A DNA stretch of 64,000 nucleotides from an uncultured Spirochaetota bacterium (GCA_963745235.1 CAVUXE010000052.1:96001-160000); one strand, 5' to 3'. Positions 39,853-50,726 are shown, counted from the stretch's first letter. The notes: a model not told the origin generated them from the letters alone. Made by a program: numbers and translations.

Positions 39853-39934
39853 CAAGCGCCTGTCGTTAGAGGGTGCGGCGAGCTGACAGCCAACGCCGCG
39901 CCCTGGCCCCAGGCACCTTGGCCCCCGGAGCCGG

Positions 39935-42070
39935 CTACCAGCTTTCGACGCGCAGCCGATAGTCTTCGTTCGCTTTGACGGGAGCTCCGTTCACAAAGAC
40001 CTTCACATGGGCGTCTCCCCCGGGGGAGGCCACGTAGCCGCCTCCCCGGACCGTCGCCGCCCATTCTCCGTCGGAGAACAGTGAAAGCTCGCCAACCCGT
40101 GATCCGGTGGATTGCTCCGTGATGACCAGCACCGAGTTCCTGTCCAGCGAGAGGATCAGGCCGGCGCAGGCGACCAGCGTCCGCCAGCTGGCATAATCGG
40201 ATGGCAGGGTGGTGGCTTTCTGGCCGTCCCACGAAACGATGCGCGCCCGGCCCAGCGAGGCATAGAGGACGTGGGTGGAAGGATCCAGGGCCAGGCCGGC
40301 ATCCAGGTTTTCCTCCGGGTCGGTTGCCAGGAGCGTCTCCCTCTCGAAGCCGCTGCCATCGTGGAGGACAAGGTTCGTGGCGCCGGAGGCATCCACGCCA
40401 AGGGAGTACAGGAGAGGACCTGTTGCCCCCGGTGCGGCCGGATCGAAAACCAGGTCCCACGTGAAAACATTCCTGTCCGACATTCCGACCGTTTCTCCCG
40501 TGCGCGTGTTGATCCGCACGAGCGACCCGCCCGCGGCCAGGGCAGTATTCCTGCCTCCAATGAGCTCGTTGGCCGCGGTGGCGACAACCGCTGAAAGAGC
40601 AGGGACGCGGGATTCGAACCGCGGAACGCCTGTTGTGAGGTCCACCAGTCGTATCATCCCGCCGTTTTCGATCCCGAGGAGGGAGCCGCCCTGAACTGAG
40701 AGGTCCGTCAGCGGGGCTCGAAATCCCGAAGGCAGCAGCCGAAACCTGAGAGAAGGCGGAGAGCCGCCCGGGCTGCCGCGCACAATTGCCGACTCGGGAA
40801 CGTCCAGCAGCGCGAATCGAGGAGGGCTGTCGTCCCGCGTCCACGCTAGCAAGGACGTATCCGATATGAACGAAAGCCCGACCGGGCTCTTCCACGGATT
40901 ATCGACGAGGACCGAATGGACGTAGCTCGGAGATGGGGACCCCGTGAAGACATCAGAGCTGAACACGCGGATCCAGTCCCTTGAGCCCTCGGCCAGCAAG
41001 CCGTGCCTCGCGTCGATCCCCGTGACGTCTGCCAGGACGTTGCGGTTGATCACGCGCAGCTCCCCCGTGGGGGAAGCCTCGCTGATGGCACCGCTCTTGC
41101 CGGCAAGGTACATGGCGTTTTCACCGTAGCAGAGGACCTGGAACGCTTCACCAGGATCGGATGCCGCAGGCTTCTGCGCCGTCAAGTCGGAGCCGACGCT
41201 CCACAGCGCCATGTTTCCGCCCGCCGTCGGAACTCCGGCAATCTGATCCCCGGCGGGAGAAATATCGAGACAGGCATCACCGCTCAGTGCCGCCCGGCCC
41301 CGAACCGCGCCGCTGACGGTATCCACAAGCACCGCCTCACGGCCCGTGCTTCCGACGATGTACCTCCGGTCCCGTGAGATGCGTATGTGGGAGAGATACG
41401 GTGTCGTGGGTAGCTCGAGGGTCAGCGCGCCGGACGCCACGTCCCAGTAGGAAATCCTGCCGGAGACCTGGTAGGTCATGATTGTCTTTTCCGAGCGGGA
41501 CATCTCTGCAAAAGCAACGATCCCGAAACCCTCAGGATGGAACTGCATGGGGGCGCCTGTTGAAGCATCCAGGATCTTCAAGCTCTGCCAGGAAGACTCC
41601 CCGTAGACGAGGTAGCTCCCCTGGCCGGAAAACCGCAGGAAAAGCGGGGCGTCCTTGAGAGGAAGCCTCAGAACCTGCTTCTGCTGTTCCCAGTCCCATA
41701 CGACAAGGGAAAATGAGCGAAGGCCGTCGCTCACCACCACCGCCACGCGGGGGCCGGCGGGATCCACGGCAATCATTTGCGCGGCCAGGCGCGTCACGCG
41801 CAGGCTGCGATACAGGACGCCCTCCGCCGCGATCCAGATCCTGACCGTGCCATCTTCCCCCGCGCTGACAAGGAGGTCCCTCTGCTCATCGTATTGGAGG
41901 TCAAGCACCGCGCCGAGGTGGCTCGTGTTGACGATGCTGTGCACATCAGAGGTCAGCGAGCCCTCTGTTGCCCCTTCGCCAGGCGCCGCGTCGGCGGCCT
42001 GCGCAATCACGGACTGGGCGGCAAAGAGAAACCCGAGGAGGAGCAGGCCTTTGGCGCGAAGCGATCTCAC
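39935..42070 (-). CDS. Exported WD40/beta-propeller protein
   Basis: Signal peptide; H.GAV..L...LLVSAGEDGTVRIW repeat. Confidence 0.8.
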   Translation of the reverse strand: MRSLRAKGLLLLGFLFAAQSVIAQAADAAPGEGATEGSLTSDVHSIVNTSHLGAVLDLQYDEQRDLLVSAGEDGTVRIWIAAEGVLYRSLRVTRLAAQMIAVDPAGPRVAVVVSDGLRSFSLVVWDWEQQKQVLRLPLKDAPLFLRFSGQGSYLVYGESSWQSLKILDASTGAPMQFHPEGFGIVAFAEMSRSEKTIMTYQVSGRISYWDVASGALTLELPTTPYLSHIRISRDRRYIVGSTGREAVLVDTVSGAVRGRAALSGDACLDISPAGDQIAGVPTAGGNMALWSVGSDLTAQKPAASDPGEAFQVLCYGENAMYLAGKSGAISEASPTGELRVINRNVLADVTGIDARHGLLAEGSRDWIRVFSSDVFTGSPSPSYVHSVLVDNPWKSPVGLSFISDTSLLAWTRDDSPPRFALLDVPESAIVRGSPGGSPPSLRFRLLPSGFRAPLTDLSVQGGSLLGIENGGMIRLVDLTTGVPRFESRVPALSAVVATAANELIGGRNTALAAGGSLVRINTRTGETVGMSDRNVFTWDLVFDPAAPGATGPLLYSLGVDASGATNLVLHDGSGFERETLLATDPEENLDAGLALDPSTHVLYASLGRARIVSWDGQKATTLPSDYASWRTLVACAGLILSLDRNSVLVITEQSTGSRVGELSLFSDGEWAATVRGGGYVASPGGDAHVKVFVNGAPVKANEDYRLRVESW

Positions 42071-42697
42071 TCGTCCACCCCGTCCAGCCTCAGCACGGAA
42101 ACCCAGGGAGGAGAGCAGAAATCCTGAAAAGGCTCCTCTTTGACCCGCGTCTCGACGTCCGCGGCAATCTTGCTGTAGATCTCCTCTCCCAGCCGGGCCA
42201 CCCCGATTTCCCCCTGCTTCAAGCCGATGACGTGGAACACGTGCCTCCCCTCTTCTTCCCCTTTGTACCGAAGAGTCACGTCGCGGTCCTGGTCTTCCCC
42301 CCCCGCGGCGCCGGTCAGAAGGTAGTACTTCATGATCTCTATCACGCGGTCATCCAGGCCCGCCGCCAGGATATGCAGTTTTTCCGCCAGCTCGGGAAAG
42401 CCCACCACGACCCTGTACGGGCTGCCCAGCTCGTAGTCCAGCTTGCCGCGCGCCAGCCCGATCCTGTCCTTCTCCGGGACCAGCATTATTTCCCCCCGGC
42501 CGCCCGCCAGAGAGAGGCGGAACGGAAACTCCGGCGTGAGCCGCTTGCCACAACGGGGGCACGTAACAGCCATGAAATCCCCGCTCGTGATGAGCTTTTC
42601 AACGTCCGGCTCGGTTTGCAGGTCCGCGGAATCCGGGACATCCGCGTCGAAAACATTGTCCGCAAAAGCACGCTATCCGCCGGGAAATGAAGTGCAT
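42067..42697 (-). CDS. CpXC-domain zinc-ribbon protein (frameshift near 42660)
   Basis: I.CFC...F...G.F...CPRCG; RVV.G..EL.EK......LDDR.IE..K. Confidence 0.75.
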
Positions 42698-42700
42698 TCC

Positions 42701-44098
42701 TCAGTGCCCCGCGAACGATAGTATGTCATTGAAGGAAACGATGACAATCAGCGCGAGCAGGATGGAGAAGCCGATGATCTGGACTCTCCAGAACAGGTTT
42801 GCCGGCACCGCGCGGCCCCTCACTACTTCTATGAGGAAAAGGATGATCTGGCCCCCGTCCATCGCTGGAATGGGAAGGAGGTTCATGATGAAGAGAACCA
42901 CGCTGAGGAAGGCGAGAAACTGAAAAAGGGCAAGCGCGCCGCCGATTACCGCGGCGCTTCCGATATAGTCAATTATCTTCAGCGGCCCCGCAACTGCTTT
43001 CCGCAGGTTGACGCCCTGGAAGAGAAGGCCGAATCCTTTCACGGTGAGGGAAAAAGTATCCCACGTCTGGGCGAGGCCGTGCTCAAGTGCCTGGGGCAGG
43101 CCGAGGCTGGGGGTGGCGTATTCCTTTTCAGCGAAGCTGATCCCCAGCATTTTCCCGGCAAAATCGAACCCAACGACGGAGTTTCTTTCAAACACCACAA
43201 GGGCGTTTCGCCGCTCACCCCCGCGCTCGAAATCCATCGTTATCTTTCCGGGGGCAGTCGAGAGGACGGGGATGAGATCCCAGACGTTCCTCACGGCGCT
43301 CCCGTTTGCCGACAGGATGAGGTCTCCCTTGCCGAGCCCCGCGATGGAAGCCCCTGATCCCGGAGTGACGGCAGCCACCACGGGGTCGATCCACGGAAGA
43401 ATGCCAATCTGTCCGGCGCCGGAGTCCTTGTCCAGCCTCGGCACGACGGGAACGTCGAAACTGCGCTCCGTCCCGTTCTCACCGCGCTCGATTCTGAAGA
43501 CCAGTCTCTTGCTCGGGGCAACCGACACTGCCTCGCGGATGTCCTGGAAGCTCTGGATTGGCTGCCCGCCGATTGCCAGGATTCGATCCCCGGTCTTCAA
43601 GCCGGCCGCGGTTGCCGGAGGCTGGTCGCCCGATAATTGCTGCGAGTAGTCTGTCGCAAGCGCGATTCGATTGTCGTAGGAAGGAAAGCTGTATCCGACC
43701 AGGGAGATTATCGAAAAAGTGATGACTGCAAAGATGAGGTTGAAGATCGGGCCTGCCGCCGAAATGACGATTCTCCGCCACGGTGCTGCCGCGTTGAACG
43801 AGCCCTCGCGCGGGGCTCCGTTCGGCGCAGCCTCCCGGGAGACCGACTGTGCCCCATCCCCTCCGGCTATTCCCGGGGTGATCTCTCCTCTCATCTTGCA
43901 GTACCCGCCAATGGGAAACCAGGAGACCTGGTAAACCGTCTCTCCCCTCTTGAAGCCGACGAGCCGCGGCCCCCAGCCAAGCGAGAAAGTTTCAACGACC
44001 ACGCCGTTTGCCTTGGCGGCGACGAAATGGCCCAACTCATGGACGAACACCATGATCCCGAGCCCGATGAGGCCCAGGAGGATTGAAATGATGGTCAT
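42701..44098 (-). CDS. rseP: RIP metalloprotease RseP
   Basis: HELGH; PIGGYC; AGPIFN; PDZ domains; NLLPIPAMDGG. Confidence 0.95.
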   Translation of the reverse strand: MTIISILLGLIGLGIMVFVHELGHFVAAKANGVVVETFSLGWGPRLVGFKRGETVYQVSWFPIGGYCKMRGEITPGIAGGDGAQSVSREAAPNGAPREGSFNAAAPWRRIVISAAGPIFNLIFAVITFSIISLVGYSFPSYDNRIALATDYSQQLSGDQPPATAAGLKTGDRILAIGGQPIQSFQDIREAVSVAPSKRLVFRIERGENGTERSFDVPVVPRLDKDSGAGQIGILPWIDPVVAAVTPGSGASIAGLGKGDLILSANGSAVRNVWDLIPVLSTAPGKITMDFERGGERRNALVVFERNSVVGFDFAGKMLGISFAEKEYATPSLGLPQALEHGLAQTWDTFSLTVKGFGLLFQGVNLRKAVAGPLKIIDYIGSAAVIGGALALFQFLAFLSVVLFIMNLLPIPAMDGGQIILFLIEVVRGRAVPANLFWRVQIIGFSILLALIVIVSFNDILSFAGH

Positions 44099-44159
44099 AC
44101 GCGAATGTTCCTTTTTGTTCCTCTACCAGTACTAATATGCGCTGATGGAGAGCTTCCGC

Positions 44160-45011
44160 CTACCGGCCGAAAAACCGCATCAACCCGTAGAAAAGGGGAG
44201 CGCTCAGGATCATGGAATCAACGGAGTCGAGCATCCCTCCTCTCCCCGGAATCACGACCCCCGAATCCTTCACGCTTGCGGACCTCTTCAGGCCGCTCTC
44301 CACCAGGTCACCCAATATCACCGCGGCGCCGATGAGCAGTGAAAACGTCACCCCTGCCAGAACGCCCCCGGGAAGGAGAGAGGGAACGGCAAGGCGGAAC
44401 ACCGCGTAGATGATGCCGGTGCCCGTGAACCCCGCCACGAATCCCACGACGCTCTTCTGCGGACTGATGGCGAGGTTGAGGCGCGAGGAGCTGCCCCAAA
44501 GGCTTCCCGCAAAATATGCCGCCATGTCGTTGCCGAAGACGAGGCCCAGGAAAAGAAGGATGGACAACGAGGGCCGGGGCAGGGCGGAAAAACGGACCAC
44601 CCAGGAGAGAAAGAACGCGGGGTACACCACGATGAATGCAGAGGAGGACACAAACGTGAGGAACTCCGCAAGCTTGCGCTGATCTTTCGCCAGGATTGCC
44701 CGGACAAGGATCACCCCGATGGCCGCCGCAAACCAGGCGCGGCCCCACCCTGAGGGGATCCACCCCGTCACCTCCAGCCACGCAGACAGCGGCAGGGTCC
44801 CTGCAAGCGCGGGCGCGAGGTACCTTGCCGTGGTGACGCCGCGGACATCGAAGAGTCTTCTGGTTTCCAGGGCGCCAATGACGCACGCGGCCACCGCCGC
44901 CATGTTGAAGAGCAGATGATGGTAATGAGGCACGGCGAAGATGAGCACCCCCAACACGGGGAATGCGACGACAATCAGGAGCAGGCGGGATGAGAAGGCC
45001 TTCCAGTTCAC
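44160..45011 (-). CDS. cdsA: Phosphatidate cytidylyltransferase
   Basis: D.AAYFAG; SPQKS.VG; GDLVESGLKR...KDSG..IPGRGGMLD. Confidence 0.93.
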   Translation of the reverse strand: MNWKAFSSRLLLIVVAFPVLGVLIFAVPHYHHLLFNMAAVAACVIGALETRRLFDVRGVTTARYLAPALAGTLPLSAWLEVTGWIPSGWGRAWFAAAIGVILVRAILAKDQRKLAEFLTFVSSSAFIVVYPAFFLSWVVRFSALPRPSLSILLFLGLVFGNDMAAYFAGSLWGSSSRLNLAISPQKSVVGFVAGFTGTGIIYAVFRLAVPSLLPGGVLAGVTFSLLIGAAVILGDLVESGLKRSASVKDSGVVIPGRGGMLDSVDSMILSAPLFYGLMRFFGR

Positions 45012-45748
45012 GGGGTACCGCCGAACCTTCTGGACCTGCGGCCGTAGTCTGCAAGAGCCTCCCGAAGGTCGCTCCCGTCCCAGTCCGGCCAGAGCTTGGG
45101 GCTGAAATACAGCTCCGCGTAGGCGGATTCCCAAAGAAGAAAATTGGAGAGGCGCTGCTCGTTGGCGCTGCGGATGATGAGGTCGGGGTCCGGGAGATCC
45201 GGTTGATCAAGGTACAGCCGGAACGTCTCCTCGCTGAGAGACCCCTGGTCTCCCCGGGCCACCATGCGTCGGAATGCCCTGATGATCTCATCCCTGCCGC
45301 CGTAGTTTATGGACAGATTCACCGTCAGGCCGTCGAAACCGGAGGTATCCCTGGTCACGTCCTCTATTTCCCTGGCCACGGCCCGGGGAAGCCGCTCCAG
45401 GTCTCCGCTATGAACGATGCGGATACGGTTGCGTCTGTAGAAATCGTATTCCTTCTTGAGGTACGATCCTATCAACCCCATCAGGTAGGAAACTTCTTCC
45501 TGCGCGCGAGCCCAGTTTTCCGTGGAGAACGTGTAGAGGCTGACGAAAGCGAGCCCCGCCTCCGCGGCGGCGGCTACCACGCGCTTGGCCGCTTTTACCC
45601 CTTCCAGGTGGCCTTCGGTCCGCGGCTTCCCGCGGGCCTCCGCCCACCTTCCGTTGCCGTCCATGATTATCCCCACGTGGCGGGGAAGGCGGGAATGGTC
45701 GGGAAGCGCTGCGGGTGCGGAGGAATCCCGTTCCGACGAGGCTCTCAC
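45008..45748 (-). CDS. uppS: Undecaprenyl diphosphate synthase
   Basis: HVGIIMDGNGRWA; FSTENW; NYGGR; RLSNFLLW. Confidence 0.97.
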   Translation of the reverse strand: MRASSERDSSAPAALPDHSRLPRHVGIIMDGNGRWAEARGKPRTEGHLEGVKAAKRVVAAAAEAGLAFVSLYTFSTENWARAQEEVSYLMGLIGSYLKKEYDFYRRNRIRIVHSGDLERLPRAVAREIEDVTRDTSGFDGLTVNLSINYGGRDEIIRAFRRMVARGDQGSLSEETFRLYLDQPDLPDPDLIIRSANEQRLSNFLLWESAYAELYFSPKLWPDWDGSDLREALADYGRRSRRFGGTP

Positions 45749-46305
45749 ACCTCCAGGATTTCCTTTTCCTTGGCTTCGAGGACCTTGTTGATCTCCTCGA
45801 TGTGCTTGTCTGTGAGCTTCTGGATCTCGTCGGTGGCCTTCTTTGCCTCATCCTCGCTCAGCTCGGAATCGGTCTTGGCCTTCTTGATCTCTTCATTGGC
45901 GTCGCGGCGCGCGTTGCGTATTGCAACGCGCGATTGCTCCGCCGTAGTCTTTGTAACCTTGACGAGCTCCTTGCGCCGGTCTTCCGTGAGCGGCGGGATG
46001 CTGATCCTGATCACTTTGCCGTCGTTGTTCGGATTGACGGAGAGCTCCGACTTCTGGATGGCCTTCTCTATCTCCGACAGGACGGACCGGTCCCAGGGCT
46101 GGATGATCACGAGGCGCGCCTCCGGGATGGAAATGGTGGCAACCTGGTTCAGCGGAACCTTGTTGCCGTAGTAGTCCACGCGGATCTTCTCGAAAAGCGC
46201 CTGGGAGGCCCTGCTCCCGCGGAGTGTCTTGAACTCCTCCTGGAGGGCCTGGATGCTTTTTTTCATCCGCTCTTCCGCCTGGCCCCTGATCTTGTCTCTC
46301 GTCAT
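45745..46305 (-). CDS. frr: Ribosome recycling factor
   Basis: VDYYG..VPLNQVA; PPLTEDRRKELVK; RNARRDAN. Confidence 0.98.
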   Translation of the reverse strand: MTRDKIRGQAEERMKKSIQALQEEFKTLRGSRASQALFEKIRVDYYGNKVPLNQVATISIPEARLVIIQPWDRSVLSEIEKAIQKSELSVNPNNDGKVIRISIPPLTEDRRKELVKVTKTTAEQSRVAIRNARRDANEEIKKAKTDSELSEDEAKKATDEIQKLTDKHIEEINKVLEAKEKEILEV

Positions 46306-46318
46306 ACGAGATCCTCCT

Positions 46319-47161
46319 TCAGGAATGATCTTCGCCCAGCTTCACGTAGCGGTAGTCCACGATGGTGATCTTGGCTCCGACTTCCTTCCCGAGGTCGTCG
46401 AGAACCCTGGCGACAGTCCTCTTGTCGTCCTTCACGAAAGGCTGCTCCAGGAAGCAGATCTCCGAGAGCAACTTGTTCATCTTTCCCTTGATGATTCCCT
46501 GCAGGACGTTCGCCGGCTTGTTCAGGTTCTCCGCCTGCTTGGCGAAGATCTCTTCCTGCTCCTTGAGGAAGGCAGGGCTCACCTTGTCCTTGGAGAGGAA
46601 CATCGGGGCAAAAGCGGCCGCATGGAGCGCGCAGTCGAAGAGAATCGACTTCACGCGCGGGTCGTCCTTTACCTTGGGGTCGCTGAAGGAGAAGCGGATC
46701 ATCACGCCGATCCTTCCGTCGTGGATGTATTCCACGATTGTCTCTCCCGGCCCGACAGGCATGGTAACGATGCGCCGCAGCTGCATGTTTTCCTTGATCT
46801 TGCCGACGGTCTCCTTGACCATGGTGTGCAGCTCGTCGGTGGCCGCGGTGATGTTCTTCTCAGCGACCTTCGAGACCACGGCGTGGCCCAGCTCATGGAA
46901 GAGGTTGTTGCGCGCTACGAAGTCCGTCTCGCACGTGAGCTCGACCAGGATTCCTTTATCCGGCAGGATCTTCGAGAAGATCATGCCGCTGTTCGTGACG
47001 CGTTCGCTCTTTTTGACCGCGGCGGCAAGCCCCTGCTCCTTGAGCAGGCGCTCAGCGGCGTCGAAGTCTCCGTTCGTCTTCACCAGCGCGTTCTTGGAGT
47101 CCAGCATTCCAGCCCCGGTCTTCTCCCGGAGCTTCTTGACGTCAGTTGCCTTGATTTCCAT
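46319..47161 (-). CDS. tsf: Elongation factor Ts
   Basis: VKKLREKTGAGMLD; ETDFVA. Confidence 0.98.
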   Translation of the reverse strand: MEIKATDVKKLREKTGAGMLDSKNALVKTNGDFDAAERLLKEQGLAAAVKKSERVTNSGMIFSKILPDKGILVELTCETDFVARNNLFHELGHAVVSKVAEKNITAATDELHTMVKETVGKIKENMQLRRIVTMPVGPGETIVEYIHDGRIGVMIRFSFSDPKVKDDPRVKSILFDCALHAAAFAPMFLSKDKVSPAFLKEQEEIFAKQAENLNKPANVLQGIIKGKMNKLLSEICFLEQPFVKDDKRTVARVLDDLGKEVGAKITIVDYRYVKLGEDHS

Positions 47162-47173
47162 GAATTCTATCTC

Positions 47174-48133
47174 TCACTCCTTGTACAGCTTGTCCTCATC
47201 GATTTCCGGCTCTTCAGGGGGCGCGTCGTCCTTCTTTGTCCCCTCATCGGGGTTGTAGTTGGAATAGTCCTTGTCCGTGAAGCCGGTTGCAGCCTCGTCC
47301 GCGGAGGCGCCCAGGACCGCGGCAACCGGAACCTTTTCCACCTCTTCCTGGTCATACTTGGACTGGGCGGCGAACTCTCCCTTGTCGATGGCTTCCGCGA
47401 ACTCTTCTTCGCCCTTCTCTTCCTGCAGTGTCTCGACGACCTCCAGGCCCACTTCGTTCTCCGCTTCGATCACCGCGTTTGCAATGATCTGCGCGAAGAG
47501 GTTGATTGCGCGAATGGCGTCATCATTGCCGGGAATTGGATACGTGATCCCCTCCGGGTTGCAGTTCGTGTCCACGACGGCAACGATGGGGACGTTGACC
47601 TTTCTGGCCTCCATGACGGCAATGGATTCCTTGCGGGTGTCGATGATGAACACGATCCCGGGCAGCTCTTTCATCTCCTTGATTCCACCAAGGTTCTTTT
47701 CAAGCTTGCCCCGCTCCTTCATGAGCCTGGCGATTTCCTTCTTCGTCAGGTTCTCGAAAGTGCCATCTATCTCCATCTTCTCGAGCTTCTTCAGCCTCAA
47801 AAGAGACTTCTTGATTGTCGCATAATTGGTGAGCATTCCCCCCAGCCACCGGTTGTTCACATAGAACATGTTGCACCGCTTGGCCTCACGCTCCACCGTC
47901 TGCTGCGCCTGTTTCTTCGTGCCGACGAAAAGGACCGACTTGCCGGCAAGGACGGTCTTTCTGACCGCCTCATAGGCGTCCTTGATTGCGACGATAGTCT
48001 TCTGGAGATCGATGATGTGGATCCCGTTTCGCTCCGCGAAGATGTACTTTTTCATCCGCGGATCCCATCTCTTTGTCTGGTGTCCGAAATGGACCCCTGA
48101 CTCGAGCAGGTTTTTCATGGTAACAACAGCCAA
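47174..48133 (-). CDS. rpsB: 30S ribosomal protein S2 with acidic tail
   Basis: [15 protein letters not shown]; RWLGGMLTN; PGNDDAIRA. Confidence 0.99.
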   Translation of the reverse strand: MAVVTMKNLLESGVHFGHQTKRWDPRMKKYIFAERNGIHIIDLQKTIVAIKDAYEAVRKTVLAGKSVLFVGTKKQAQQTVEREAKRCNMFYVNNRWLGGMLTNYATIKKSLLRLKKLEKMEIDGTFENLTKKEIARLMKERGKLEKNLGGIKEMKELPGIVFIIDTRKESIAVMEARKVNVPIVAVVDTNCNPEGITYPIPGNDDAIRAINLFAQIIANAVIEAENEVGLEVVETLQEEKGEEEFAEAIDKGEFAAQSKYDQEEVEKVPVAAVLGASADEAATGFTDKDYSNYNPDEGTKKDDAPPEEPEIDEDKLYKE

Positions 48134-48200
48134 AATATTCCTCCTTACCCTCTTCCTGGCTTATACACCCTTTTCCAAACGGATGGGCGAGATGAAAGGG

Positions 48201-48782
48201 CTAAAAGTGGTACTCGTTCCTCATCAAGATGCCATAAAACGCCTCAAGTGGCAAGCCTACGACGTTGCTGTAGGACCCTTTGATCCATTCGACGAAGAAC
48301 GCGCCCCTCTCCTGGATCCGGTATGCGCCCGCCGCTCCCGACCATTCCCCGCATTCGACGTACCAGGCAAGCTCGGCGGGCGTCAGGGTCTTGAACTTCA
48401 CCTCGGTGGTGACCACCTCGAGATCTACTGGCTTTGCCTTGTCCACCAGAACGGCAACGCCCGAGTAGACCTTGTGCACCTTCCCCGAGAGGAGGCCGAG
48501 CATTGCGCGAGCTTCCTCGGGGCCGGCCGGCTTCCCCAGGATCTTCCCGTCAACCTCGACAATGGTGTCGACCCCGAGGACCCAACGCGGAGATTCTGCC
48601 TTGAACAGCTCCACCACTGCCTCGACCTTGCCCCGGGCCACCCGCGCAACCACCTCGGCTGAAGATGCCGGGGATGAGTAGTCTTCCGCGAGATCCGGGG
48701 GAATCACCTTGACCGGCATCTTTGCCTTCGCAAGCAGTTCCTTGCGTCGCGGCGAGCCCGAGGCGAGAATGATTGTTTCCAT
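48201..48782 (-). CDS. maf: Maf-family nucleoside triphosphate pyrophosphatase
   Basis: ILASGSPRR; DTIV...GKP; AGAY.IQ; GSYSNVVGLP. Confidence 0.93.
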   Translation of the reverse strand: METIILASGSPRRKELLAKAKMPVKVIPPDLAEDYSSPASSAEVVARVARGKVEAVVELFKAESPRWVLGVDTIVEVDGKILGKPAGPEEARAMLGLLSGKVHKVYSGVAVLVDKAKPVDLEVVTTEVKFKTLTPAELAWYVECGEWSGAAGAYRIQERGAFFVEWIKGSYSNVVGLPLEAFYGILMRNEYHF

Positions 48783-50332
48783 TATACGAGCCCCATAGCT
48801 TCCATGAGAAACCCCTTCATCTGCGAGTTTTCTTTCGGCATCACCGCACCCATGTCCTTCACGCCGCCTTGCCGCGGGCTCCAGAGCCCGAGAGTGGCCT
48901 GGATCCACGGTGTGGGTGAAAGCGGCGACAGATGGTGCCCGCCAGCGCGTTTGTTGTCCAGGGCCGGCTGCCCGCGGCGTGGGGGGCGGCCAGTGAAGTA
49001 CGTTTCGCCCCGGGGATAGAGAAAGACAAGAAATGAAGATTCCCTGTCTCCATCAAGCACGCCGATGTCTGCGCCGGCTGCATTTGCCTCATCCAGCGCC
49101 AGCTTCACCTTCTTGAGAAGGGTTGCCCTGTCAGAGGAGGCTCGAGCAACAACCTGGCCACAATCGCTGGGGTGATACCAGGCCGAGGACGAGCTGTAGT
49201 CGTAGCCCCCGGGGACCTTTCGCACGAGCCCGGCCCCGGCAAGGACTTCGTTGATGTGCAGCATCCTCGAATACGCCATTGCTCCATGGTCGGAGGAAAT
49301 GACCAGGAGTGCGCCGCTTTCCATCTCCGTCATGAGACGCCCCAGCAGATCGTCCACCATCCCCATGCATCCGTGAAAGAGATCGGATGTGCGATCGTCC
49401 TCACGGAGCAGGAGGTCGAAGTAGGCATGGTTGAAATCGTCCATCACGGGGAAATAGCCGATGACGAGCCTTGCCTTCCCTTTCCGTGCCTGCTCCACCA
49501 TCATGTCGGCCTTTGTTTCAAGGCTGACTTTGCTCGCCAGCAGCTCCGCGTCCACCGACACCCTGCGCGAGGGATCGCGGGAGGAGCTCAGGCGCCGCGC
49601 AACGTGAAAGGCGCTCATCTCAAGAAAGCCATCTCGGTGTGCAGGACTGACCTCGCTCCCGCGACAGACCGCGATGTTCACGGGATTGAGAAGAAGCGTC
49701 GTGGGCTCCAGGAGATGCGCGAAGACGCGTGTCCCCTTCGTGAGGTCGACGTATTCACCCTCCCCCGCCGCGAGTGTGGCTCTCACGGTGCCGCCCTTTG
49801 CAAGCCTGAGCGCGCGGCGCGAAGATCGCGCGAGCATCTTTAGACCGTGATAGGCAATTCTTTCCGTCCCGTGCGGAAGTCGGTACAGCGACGGTTTCCG
49901 CCAGAGCCTGTAGCCGTCGAAGCCGAAAATGAGGTGCTGTGCTCGGCCCTTCCATATCGGGTCACCGCGGAATGCCACATTCATCAGGGAGTATCCCGCC
50001 CCGCGCTCCTCCATCTCCTGCCAGATCGTCCGTAGAGTGCCGATGTCTGCATGAAACCCGCTCAGCGAGCCCTCCAGGCGATCCGGATCCGGCATGCGAT
50101 ATCCCCAGACGCCGTTCTGGGCAGGCTGCGTGCCGGTGAACAGGGCGAGCAGGGCCGGTGGAGTCTGGCAGACCGGACTTGCCGGACGCACGGAAGCGAA
50201 ACGCCCTTCCCGGTCGATCCGCGACAGGGCGGGATGCAGGTTCGACCGGAGAGCGCGCCTGATGTGCTCGAATCCCATGCCGTCAAGCACCACCCAGAGC
50301 ACCCGTGAAAAGCGTTCTGTTGACACCTGCAA
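48782..50332 (-). CDS. Alkaline phosphatase/phosphodiesterase superfamily protein
   Basis: VVLDG; QT.PA...LFTG..P..NG; D...H; SDHG. Confidence 0.8.
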   Translation of the reverse strand: MQVSTERFSRVLWVVLDGMGFEHIRRALRSNLHPALSRIDREGRFASVRPASPVCQTPPALLALFTGTQPAQNGVWGYRMPDPDRLEGSLSGFHADIGTLRTIWQEMEERGAGYSLMNVAFRGDPIWKGRAQHLIFGFDGYRLWRKPSLYRLPHGTERIAYHGLKMLARSSRRALRLAKGGTVRATLAAGEGEYVDLTKGTRVFAHLLEPTTLLLNPVNIAVCRGSEVSPAHRDGFLEMSAFHVARRLSSSRDPSRRVSVDAELLASKVSLETKADMMVEQARKGKARLVIGYFPVMDDFNHAYFDLLLREDDRTSDLFHGCMGMVDDLLGRLMTEMESGALLVISSDHGAMAYSRMLHINEVLAGAGLVRKVPGGYDYSSSSAWYHPSDCGQVVARASSDRATLLKKVKLALDEANAAGADIGVLDGDRESSFLVFLYPRGETYFTGRPPRRGQPALDNKRAGGHHLSPLSPTPWIQATLGLWSPRQGGVKDMGAVMPKENSQMKGFLMEAMGLV

Positions 50333-50387
50333 CCTTTCGAAGTATCGTTGGAGAGTCCGCACGGAGGATTGCAGAATCCGGGCGTTT

Positions 50388-50461
50388 GGGCAATTAGCTC
50401 AGTTGGATAGAGCGATGGCCTCCGGAGCCATAGGCCGCGCGTTCGAATCGCGCATTGCCCA
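50388..50461 (+). tRNA. tRNA-Arg(CCG)
   Basis: GGGCAAT/ATTGCCC acceptor stem; anticodon loop CTCCGGA; GTTCGAATC. Confidence 0.97.
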
Positions 50462-50696
50462 ATCAAAAGCAACTCTCTGTCGCACAATGAATCAGAAAAT
50501 CGTTGACTGCTTCGAACAAGGAGGCCTTCACCGTGCTGTTTTCCGCCGGCTTGGGCTTCACGGGCACTCATCGAAGAAGCGCTGGTTTGGCCTGCACTCT
50601 GGAACGATCAACTGGCGTCGCCCTCGGGGAAGTCAACCGAGGCTTTCGCAGGACTTCTGTTCATGAGATGGAGCGGGGGGCATAGCTCCCTTGAAC

Positions 50697-50726
50697 AAAA
50701 GGGGCGGACCCAGAGAGTCCGCCCCT
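50697..50726 (-). terminator. Intrinsic terminator
   Basis: GGGGCGGAC/GTCCGCCCC stem plus T-run on the minus strand, downstream of the 50759 gene. Confidence 0.8.

Noticed and set aside
46306-46318. pyrH missing between tsf and frr
   Set aside because: tsf-frr adjacency is the usual spirochaete arrangement
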